From the IMG/VR virus record IMGVR_UViG_3300021962_000032: 64,000 nucleotides of DNA; one strand, given 5' to 3'. Position numbers and translations under genes: made by a program. The stretch is from a virus. The notes under the pieces were generated by a model. That model was not told the origin of the DNA, did no database searches, and saw only the letters and a list, made by a program, of their open reading frames with translations. Position 1 is the first letter of the stretch; every line of letters starts with the position of its first letter. This document shows positions 56,899 through 64,000 of this stretch, piece after piece.

Positions 56899-58372
56899 CT
56901 ATGGTTTCCTCTTTTTCTATATTAATTGGTATTATCTCATAGTTGAAATCTTCTTCCACATAAATTTTAATTCTTTCTATGAAATGATTTAATGTATAGT
57001 TTTTCTTTGAATTGTACGTTGCATCATCTGCAATATCATAAAGGGTAGCTGTATCTTTATTTTTACCCTTTCTTAAAACTCTTCCAATACTTTGAAGATT
57101 TCTTATTCTTGATTTACTGGGAGATGCAAAAATGATATTATGTAATCTTTTTATAGAAATACCTGTACTAAAAACACCATAAGAAGCAACAATAATCGCA
57201 TTATTTTCTTTTTCAGTAATTTGCCTTATTGCTTCTCGTTCTTCTGCATCCACTCCACCATGTACAAAGAAGATTTTTCTATTACCTTCTTTGCTATTAT
57301 TTATTAAATTAAATAGTATCTCACCATGAGTTTCTACTCTTGAAAATAAAATAAGAGTATTTCCTTTTAAACTAAGGGCTAAATTTTTTATAAATTTATT
57401 TCTTTTTTGACTTCTAATAATGAATTGAATTTCATCTTCATAGGTATCAAATTTTTGAGGTTTATGTTTTAATAATAAACAGAAAATATCTAATTGAGAT
57501 GCTCTTCCCTTCTCAATCATCTCAGATGTTCCTATTGTCTTATAAGAAGGTCCAAATAAACCACATACAACCCATTCATGAGTACTACTTCCAGATAAAG
57601 TTCCAGTAAATCCAAATCTATATTTTGCATTATGACACTTTTTCATAATGTCAATTAATGATTTAGATTTGGCAGTATGAGCTTCGTCTACAATTACGCA
57701 ATCAAAATCCTCAAAGAACTTTTTGGGAAGAGTATAAAGAGATTGCCATGTAGAAAGAGTAACGGGCATGTCAGTATGCTTTTCTCTGCCAGAATAAATC
57801 AAGTGGCAATTATTTTCAGCATCCCACCCATAATCACTGAAGTCATTAAACATCTGACGAACAAGTGATGTAGTAGGAAATACAATTAATATTTTTTTAC
57901 CTTTTGCAACATAATATCTTATGATCGAATAAATCATAAGAGATTTACCCGATGCTGTTGGACTCAATATGAGTTTTCTATTGTATCTGAGGCACTCATA
58001 AACACCGTTTATTTGGTAGTCATATGGATCATGACTACAAATAGATTTCATGTACTCTGTGACTCCTTCTGGACATATCTCCTCGTTCACTTCAAAAGGA
58101 AGTCCGTAGTACTTGTTTTCTTTGAATGTATAATCGTAATTATATGTTTTTAATTTAGCAACAACTTTATCAAGAAGACCAGCGTACACTTCTCCAGTAT
58201 GTGTACTTAATAACCTAATCTTCCCATCCCAATGCTTGTTTCTCATGTGCGGCATAAACTTTGCCCCCTCAACATCAAATGTAAAGTGAGGTTCAAGTTC
58301 ATACAAAACATGAGGTTCACATTCTAATTTAATGTAAACCTCATTCTTTTTAGTGATTGCCACATCAGTCAT
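56888..58372 (-). CDS. uvsW: RNA-DNA/DNA-DNA helicase UvsW
   Basis: SPTASGKS, DEAH, GFTGT and QSIGRVLR motifs. Confidence 0.96.
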   Translation of the reverse strand: MTDVAITKKNEVYIKLECEPHVLYELEPHFTFDVEGAKFMPHMRNKHWDGKIRLLSTHTGEVYAGLLDKVVAKLKTYNYDYTFKENKYYGLPFEVNEEICPEGVTEYMKSICSHDPYDYQINGVYECLRYNRKLILSPTASGKSLMIYSIIRYYVAKGKKILIVFPTTSLVRQMFNDFSDYGWDAENNCHLIYSGREKHTDMPVTLSTWQSLYTLPKKFFEDFDCVIVDEAHTAKSKSLIDIMKKCHNAKYRFGFTGTLSGSSTHEWVVCGLFGPSYKTIGTSEMIEKGRASQLDIFCLLLKHKPQKFDTYEDEIQFIIRSQKRNKFIKNLALSLKGNTLILFSRVETHGEILFNLINNSKEGNRKIFFVHGGVDAEEREAIRQITEKENNAIIVASYGVFSTGISIKRLHNIIFASPSKSRIRNLQSIGRVLRKGKNKDTATLYDIADDATYNSKKNYTLNHFIERIKIYVEEDFNYEIIPINIEKEETIDGR

Positions 58373-58405
58373 GAAGTATTGCTATAACTGATATATTTAG
58401 ATTTG

Positions 58406-58843
58406 TTATCCTAACCCACTCATGAATTTTTGATATTCAATTGCGTTTTTAATTTGATAAGTGCGATTATGAATTGTTTTAATTATGTCTTCCAAATAAC
58501 GAAGCATAATATCATAGTATTCTACTTTGAGTGAAACTTGAGCAAGGGTTTCATCCGCATCCAAATATTGTCGTAAAGTATCTTTATCACGTATTTTTTT
58601 AGGGAATGGATTCTCCACATACTCATCAGGATCCGCTTTTCCAGAATAATACTCATGACGATTTTTCCTTACTGTTCTTTTTTTGTTTTCTGCACTTGCT
58701 CTGAGAATTGTTACTTTATTATATAAATCAAAATATTTTGCATGTAGGACTGGAACATTTAAAGATTCCGTATGAAGATTATCTATATCTATTTTTGAAT
58801 CTTTTTCCCACATTGATTGTATTGTATCTAAATCAATTGCCAT
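58406..58843 (-). CDS. uvsY: Recombination mediator UvsY
   Basis: WEKDSKID..LH.ESL..P.LHAKY and YQIKNAIE motifs. Confidence 0.92.
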   Translation of the reverse strand: MAIDLDTIQSMWEKDSKIDIDNLHTESLNVPVLHAKYFDLYNKVTILRASAENKKRTVRKNRHEYYSGKADPDEYVENPFPKKIRDKDTLRQYLDADETLAQVSLKVEYYDIMLRYLEDIIKTIHNRTYQIKNAIEYQKFMSGLG

Positions 58844-58846
58844 AAT

Positions 58847-59419
58847 TTAACTATATCTTCTTGGTAAATGTCTTCCTTCTTTATCTGTAATATTATACAT
58901 CATATATTTAAAACTTACAGTAGCTGTAAAGTATGCCTCATCTGTATTTGTGGCATCAAATTGAAGTTCCGACAATCTGTAGGGAAACATTCTTCTGAAT
59001 ACAACTTGGTAATTTAAATTTAAATTACTATTTAATATGAATAATGTTCCGTCAGAATATAGATTCATTTCACCACCTTGATTTACAACATAGTTGTCTG
59101 CATCAGATTGGTAATCGTATATTTGAGCAAGAGATTCTGGAAATCCAAGACCTCTCATCCAATTTTGTATTTCCATAAAGTTGGTCAAATCTTCATCAAC
59201 TATAAAATCCAATTCAAAATCTTCAAATACCATATTATCACCAGGAACTGGAATAGGATTTGTGAGATAGTTTGAATGGTTTGCAACTCCCAAAGTAATT
59301 CCTGGAACTACTGCCTTGTTTGCATAGAATGCAGTTTTGGGAGAACGATTTAAAATAAAAGTAAAACCTGTACTTGATAGATAATTTCTATTCTCTATCT
59401 GCCCTCTTCTTGTAGCCAT
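58847..59419 (-). CDS. 3: Tail completion / sheath stabiliser (gp3-like)
   Basis: NRNYLS..GF, PGITLG, FIVDEDL.N..EI..W and F...FP..LS.L.FD motifs. Confidence 0.85.
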   Translation of the reverse strand: MATRRGQIENRNYLSSTGFTFILNRSPKTAFYANKAVVPGITLGVANHSNYLTNPIPVPGDNMVFEDFELDFIVDEDLTNFMEIQNWMRGLGFPESLAQIYDYQSDADNYVVNQGGEMNLYSDGTLFILNSNLNLNYQVVFRRMFPYRLSELQFDATNTDEAYFTATVSFKYMMYNITDKEGRHLPRRYS

Positions 59420-59449
59420 TTATGGAAAGACCCTTATTGGTCTATTTAT

Positions 59450-59536
59450 CTATTGGTATGCATGTGTAAGACCCCAATAAACATATAACCCTATTGAAGA
59501 AAATAAGATTAAAGCATTTATTAATACCCTTGTCAT
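59450..59536 (-). CDS. 28-aa single-TM microprotein resembling NDH-1 subunit NdhQ (not in ORF track)
   Basis: MTRVLINALILFSSIGLYVYWGLTHAYQ, starting 6 nt after a TATAAATA late promoter (59543-59550). Confidence 0.6.
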   Translation of the reverse strand: MTRVLINALILFSSIGLYVYWGLTHAYQ

Positions 59537-59572
59537 TATCGGTATTTATACTCATGTACATATTTTATGTAT

Positions 59573-59601
59573 AAAAAAAGACCCCCCATTCGGGAGGTCT
59601 T
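59573..59601 (-). terminator. g23 intrinsic terminator
   Basis: AAGACCTCC-cgaat-GGGGGTCTT followed by a U-tract. Confidence 0.85.
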
Positions 59602-59624
59602 GTATGAGAACCGTGACAATTAAA

Positions 59625-61082
59625 TCACATGAGGTTCTTAACAGCAACTCTTCTGTAGTAACGGTTGCTGTTTGTAAGAATACGTCCAAGACCCTGGCCT
59701 GTGCCTTCTGCGAATGGGTTTGCAACCATTCCATAACGGGTCTTAAAGCCGATCTTAGGCTGGAAAGTATTCTCTCCAACTGCACGTACCATCTGGAGAG
59801 GTACATATGGGCAGTAGAAAAGTCCTGCGTCATAAGGTGAAGAACCCTTATATCCAATAACATAGTATTGGGTTGCAGCATTATTTGCCGAATAAGGATC
59901 GATATAAACGCGGAATTTGCCCATCAGAACACCAGCAAAGGTGTTACCAGTGTCATCAACGTTCAGGTTTGCGTTGAGTGCTGGGGTGTAGTCAAGTACT
60001 CCTGCCATGGTCAGTGCCGAAGCAACGTCAGCAGAGCACATGATTACGTTGCCCTTTCCTCTACGAGTTCTTTGTGCAATCTGGTTCGCATCTCTTTCGA
60101 TTTGGAACAGAAGACCCTTGAACTTCTCAACTGACCAACGACCGTTGGAGTCAACGTCGAGGTCGAATACACCAGGAGTTGCAACGTTGAGGGTTGCACC
60201 CTGCTCAGCAACCTTGTAGATGGTTCTGATGACTTCACGGTTGATTTCAGCAAGAATCTCTGTTGAGAGAATGTTTGCTAATTCCGCTTCAGCATTCAGA
60301 CCATGGATTGCCTTCAGGTCTTGTGCAAGCTCAAGGCTGTATTCTGCCTTCAGTGCTCTTGACTTGGCTTCAACAAGAACCTTCTCGATTGAGAATGCCA
60401 TCTCGTTGAACTGATCGCCACTTCCAAGTGCCTCAGAAGTTGCGGTGTCCATTGCCTGACCAACTTTATAGTCAAGCTCACTTGCTGTTGCAGTTGGGTT
60501 CAGGAGACCTGGGTTATTTTGTGATCCACCAGCTGCGGGAGGAGCATCGGCAGTAGTACCCATACCAACAGAAGCACCGGATCCTGCTTCTCTGGTGTAC
60601 TGTCCAAGAGGACCATTGAATCCAGAATCTTGTCCGGAGAAAGATGTATCTGGCTCATTGAACAGAGCTTCTGCACCGTTCTGGTCATTGTAACGTGATC
60701 TCATTGCGAAGATGAGTCCTGTTGGTCCGTTCATTGGTTGAACGCCAGCAAGATCATATGCAACAAGGTTTGGCATTGAACGTCTGATCAATGAGATCAG
60801 TACGGGATCAAAACCTGCTACTGGACCTGCAGAATCTGCAGCTCCACCGAATCCAGGACCACCAACTCCATTACCACCTACGGCGCCGGAATTTGTATTT
60901 ACGGTTGGAGTTTCGGTGAGAAGACCACCAGCATTAAATGCTGATTGCTCTCTTAAAAACTTTTCTTGATTTTCTAACAGGACTGCGGTTACGGCTCTTC
61001 TGTGGGAATCATTGATTGGATCGCATCCTTCGTGATTCAGAAGAGGTGCCCACTTTTCCTGCAATCTTTCTGATTGAAACAT
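59625..61082 (-). CDS. 23: Major capsid protein (gp23)
   Basis: FDPVLISLIRR, GVQPM.GPTG, KSRALKAEY, GLFYCPYVPL and FQPKIGFKTRYG motifs. Confidence 0.98.
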   Translation of the reverse strand: MFQSERLQEKWAPLLNHEGCDPINDSHRRAVTAVLLENQEKFLREQSAFNAGGLLTETPTVNTNSGAVGGNGVGGPGFGGAADSAGPVAGFDPVLISLIRRSMPNLVAYDLAGVQPMNGPTGLIFAMRSRYNDQNGAEALFNEPDTSFSGQDSGFNGPLGQYTREAGSGASVGMGTTADAPPAAGGSQNNPGLLNPTATASELDYKVGQAMDTATSEALGSGDQFNEMAFSIEKVLVEAKSRALKAEYSLELAQDLKAIHGLNAEAELANILSTEILAEINREVIRTIYKVAEQGATLNVATPGVFDLDVDSNGRWSVEKFKGLLFQIERDANQIAQRTRRGKGNVIMCSADVASALTMAGVLDYTPALNANLNVDDTGNTFAGVLMGKFRVYIDPYSANNAATQYYVIGYKGSSPYDAGLFYCPYVPLQMVRAVGENTFQPKIGFKTRYGMVANPFAEGTGQGLGRILTNSNRYYRRVAVKNLM

Positions 61083-61132
61083 TGCGTGTTACCTTTTACT
61101 AAAGTGCGTTTTTTGTTTGACTAATATTGAAT

Positions 61133-62383
61133 TCAGTTTTTTGCAACTGATGAAAGAGTTCTCAGATATGATTCCATTGTTTGTGAATGGAATTCGGGAA
61201 CGATTTCTGTACCCTCTGAAAGAGTTTCAGTTGTTGCCGATGGAGATACTACTCTTGAAGGAAAATATGATTCCTTCAATGTCTCCAATTTTTCACGATA
61301 TTCTTCTTCACTTTCAAACTCAACACTTTCGGAAAGTGAAGCGAGCTTTTCCTTCTGAGAAAGTGCAAGACCCTCAGCTACATTATCAAAGATTCCTACT
61401 GCAACCGACTCTGCGAGACGCTTGTTTAAGGAGATATTTTTCTCAATTTGCTCGTTGAGTTTTGTCTCCATGTCATCAAGTTTTTCTACCATACTCTCAA
61501 GTACATCATATTTCTCTTCAGGGATTTCTACATAATGTTCTTCAAAAAGATTCCTCATTCCTTGAATGAAGGATTCTGTCATTTCTGTTCTAAGTCCTTG
61601 CTCAACTGCAAGGGCATTTTCTTCTAACCATTCTTGAGCAACGTACTCAAGATAAGCATCTGTTCTTTCTTCAAGAACAGACTTAATCTCGGCAACTTCT
61701 TCTACCAATCTTTCTTCATAATGTGCCTCAAGAGATTCACGAATCTCTGAAACTTTAGAACGAAGTGCTGCCTCAAAAATGATTTTTGCTTTTTCTTGGA
61801 ATTCTTCAGAGAGTTCCTCACCTTCAAGGAGAGCATTAACATCTTCTTCGATGTCAAACTCTTCCTTCTTCATTTCATCTTCATCATCTTCTTCATCATC
61901 TTCTTTCTTGGACTTCTTCTTAGATTCTTTTGAATCTTCCTTCTCATCCTCTTTTGAATCTTCTTCCTCTTCTGCTTCTGCAATTACTTCATCATACTCA
62001 TCTTCCAGTTCTTCCTCTTCTTTGACTGGATTTGCCATCTTCTTCATGGACTCACCAGCACTACGAGAAACTGTAGAACCTCCTGTTGTTGCATAGGCAG
62101 GAGCTTTCTTCATACCTTCAGCAGATTTTGCACCCTTTCCAACTACATCGCTTACTTTTTTAATTGGTGATGCAGCATCTCCAAGTTTTGCTGGTCCATT
62201 TGCATCATTTGTGTAATTGTCTGGTGTTGGTCCACCAAGATCCGTCCAACTTGTTGATTGACCATCAGGAATACCTGTGGTCAATTTGTGCATTGGCTCT
62301 GCTGCTTTTGAACCGGCATTGATAGCAGTTTTGGATTGTGTAGTGCCTGCTTCCATTTCCTGTAAATTTTTACCACGGGACAT
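61133..62383 (-). CDS. 22: Prohead core scaffold protein (gp22)
   Basis: LSEEFQEKAKIIFEAA, YLEYVAQEW and LKESYF motifs. Confidence 0.93.
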   Translation of the reverse strand: MSRGKNLQEMEAGTTQSKTAINAGSKAAEPMHKLTTGIPDGQSTSWTDLGGPTPDNYTNDANGPAKLGDAASPIKKVSDVVGKGAKSAEGMKKAPAYATTGGSTVSRSAGESMKKMANPVKEEEELEDEYDEVIAEAEEEEDSKEDEKEDSKESKKKSKKEDDEEDDEDEMKKEEFDIEEDVNALLEGEELSEEFQEKAKIIFEAALRSKVSEIRESLEAHYEERLVEEVAEIKSVLEERTDAYLEYVAQEWLEENALAVEQGLRTEMTESFIQGMRNLFEEHYVEIPEEKYDVLESMVEKLDDMETKLNEQIEKNISLNKRLAESVAVGIFDNVAEGLALSQKEKLASLSESVEFESEEEYREKLETLKESYFPSRVVSPSATTETLSEGTEIVPEFHSQTMESYLRTLSSVAKN

Positions 62384-62441
62384 TTGAACTCTCCGTTAAA
62401 CTATATTAGTAAATAACTATATTTATTTATAAATTAATTAA

Positions 62442-63086
62442 TTACAACGAATTTAAAAACTCGTTGAAAAGATTAAGTTTATGCTCTTCAAGAGCACGTT
62501 GACTTACAAATCTTTCGACTTTGGATTGTAAAATGTGAACTTTTTGTTCTAAAACGCCATTATTCCAAATCCATTCAACACCTTCCATGATCCCGTTTAC
62601 GAATGCATCGGGAGCTGAAGGATCTGCAACAATATCTGCTGCAGTTGCTAACATAAAGTCATCATTAACAACTTTTACTCCATTTCTTTCGACGAGAGAA
62701 CCAACTCCTCTTGAAGAAACCCCGAGTTTTACACCTTCACCAATGAGTGATGATGCAATTTTTCCCATTGGAGTATCAAGAATTTTTGCTTTTCCTACAA
62801 AATTATTTCCATCTTCTTTTAAAGATGTAATCATATGTGAAACCCTATCCAGGTTTACTGTTGGACCATCTGGATGTCCGAGTTCACCAAGAGCTCGTCC
62901 TTTTTGAATATAATTTTCATTGTATCTTTGTACTTCTCTTTGCAGAGTTTCCATTGGATACATACGACCATTACGGTTCTTTATATTAGCTTGAAGAAAA
63001 GTCCCTTCAATATGAAGAGATTTTTTGCCATCCTTACCTTCAGTAATAAAATTTACTGATTCTATTTCTTCTGTGATTAGTTTCAT
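62442..63086 (-). CDS. 21: Prohead protease (gp21)
   Basis: NRNGRMY, GELGHP, GVSSRG and DIVADPSAPDA motifs. Confidence 0.96.
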   Translation of the reverse strand: MKLITEEIESVNFITEGKDGKKSLHIEGTFLQANIKNRNGRMYPMETLQREVQRYNENYIQKGRALGELGHPDGPTVNLDRVSHMITSLKEDGNNFVGKAKILDTPMGKIASSLIGEGVKLGVSSRGVGSLVERNGVKVVNDDFMLATAADIVADPSAPDAFVNGIMEGVEWIWNNGVLEQKVHILQSKVERFVSQRALEEHKLNLFNEFLNSL

Positions 63087-63090
63087 GAGA

Positions 63091-63366
63091 TTAGTTAGTA
63101 AATCCTACTTGTGATCCCTTCACTGCAGCATTTGCAGCAAGAATGCAATGGGATGATTGCTTTTGTAAATATTCTGTAGTTCCTCTCATAAGAGTAAAAG
63201 ACCCAATTCCTGGACCACTTTGAGATTCAACAACAGTCACCAGATAATCATCGGTGGTAGAAGTGTTAACTAATCTAACAACAGTTGCCGCACTAAAACT
63301 GGTTGCAGTTCCAGTTGAAGTTGGTAAAGCTGCTTCTGACCCAAGTATTTTGATTCTATACGACAT
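63091..63366 (-). CDS. Hypothetical virion-associated protein
   Basis: 91 aa with ATVVRLVN motif; ATAAATA late motifs upstream. Confidence 0.7.
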   Translation of the reverse strand: MSYRIKILGSEAALPTSTGTATSFSAATVVRLVNTSTTDDYLVTVVESQSGPGIGSFTLMRGTTEYLQKQSSHCILAANAAVKGSQVGFTN

Positions 63367-63399
63367 TATTATATAAGATAATATTTATATTAATATTTA

Positions 63400-63549
63400 T
63401 CAATCGTTGGAATTAAAGAAACTTGCTGCAATTTCTGGCTTTACAGAATCTACTTTTTCTGCAGCTTTTGCAAAAAGAAGGTCTTTAATTTTATCACTAA
63501 CTTGCGATGGTGATTCATCTGAAACAATTAAGTCAATAAGTTCTTCCAT
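63400..63549 (-). CDS. Small prohead-core protein (gp67/68 position; not in ORF track)
   Basis: Hand translation MEELIDLIVSDESPSQVSDKIKDLLFAKAAEKVDSVKPEIAASFFNSND. Confidence 0.7.
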   Translation of the reverse strand: MEELIDLIVSDESPSQVSDKIKDLLFAKAAEKVDSVKPEIAASFFNSND

Positions 63550-63560
63550 AGTTTTTTCTA

Positions 63561-64000
63561 TTATTTTTTGCTATTTATACCATTCACTGGTTTTGTTGTT
63601 GGAGGTTCTGCAACTTTTGCACTAAAATCTGGAGGTGTAGAATCCAAAGGGACTGTTCCAGAAGCACCATTAATTGCATCACCTCCAGTAGGAAGAGGTA
63701 ATCCAGTTTCTGGATCAATTGGTGCATTTGGATCTGGTATTTTTCCAGATTTAATTTCTTTTTTAATTTTTTGATCTTCTTCTATAATTTCTTGATCTGT
63801 TTGATGAAGAATCTTACTTCTGACATATTCTTGAGAAAAATATTTGCCAATATAAGGTTCTGCAGTTGCAGCAAGATTTAATCTTTCCGTCATAAGTTCT
63901 GCATCCTTAAGTTCAGAGAAGTGATTATCATAAAGAAAATCATATTGTATATGTTGGGACATTTCTTCCCAATCTTCAGGAGTGATAATGTTCTTAAGAA
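63561..64000 (-). CDS. 20: Portal vertex protein (gp20), C-terminal part
   Basis: LKNIITPEDW, YDFLYDNHFSELKDAEL and PYIGKYFS motifs; position next to g21. Confidence 0.93.
   Translation of the reverse strand, partial: LKNIITPEDWEEMSQHIQYDFLYDNHFSELKDAELMTERLNLAATAEPYIGKYFSQEYVRSKILHQTDQEIIEEDQKIKKEIKSGKIPDPNAPIDPETGLPLPTGGDAINGASGTVPLDSTPPDFSAKVAEPPTTKPVNGINSKK

Noticed and set aside
59552-59881. 109-aa minus-strand ORF overlapping the g23 3' end (possible frameshifted capsid extension)
   Set aside because: It runs through the g23 terminator hairpin, and I found no convincing slippery site
61840-62030. TCA/TCT triplet-rich repetitive stretch
   Set aside because: Low-complexity Asp/Glu/Lys linker within gp22, not a repeat array or CRISPR
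1-64000. CRISPR array, IS element or stop-codon reassignment
   Set aside because: No repeat-spacer array or transposase was seen; core genes are full-length under the standard code and no suppressor tRNA is present

Overview
A 64-kb segment of a T4-like cyanomyovirus (cyanophage) genome, with every credible gene on the minus strand. Read in transcription order (right to left) it contains: (1) head genes g20 (partial), g21, g22, g23, then g3, uvsY, uvsW and g55; (2) the replication/recombination core g47, g46, g45, g44, dam, g62, regA, hsp20, g43, uvsX, g41 and mazG; (3) late virion/internal-protein genes; (4) primase g61, nrdA and nrdB; (5) a GIY-YIG nuclease, a lysozyme and cpeT; (6) a cluster of six tRNAs interleaved with an HNH endonuclease and three structured non-coding segments (one manA-like, two unrecognised); (7) small hypotheticals, a glutaredoxin and gnd; (8) a ~15-kb, tightly coupled glycan-biosynthesis island running off the left edge. 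Most notable observations: the island has an apparently complete GDP-colitose route (Gmd, a His-type ColD dehydratase, a ColC/Fcl reductase and GT11 transferases); an unannotated 28-aa late gene behind the major capsid gene resembles the cyanobacterial NDH-1 subunit NdhQ; the tRNA cluster holds unrecognised RNAs with a pseudoknot, T-loops and complementary loops; and several RNA-level switches are visible (a ROSE-like thermometer on hsp20, a late-promoter/hairpin control on the HNH gene, a structured lysozyme leader). All family assignments come from motif recognition by eye and no database search was run.
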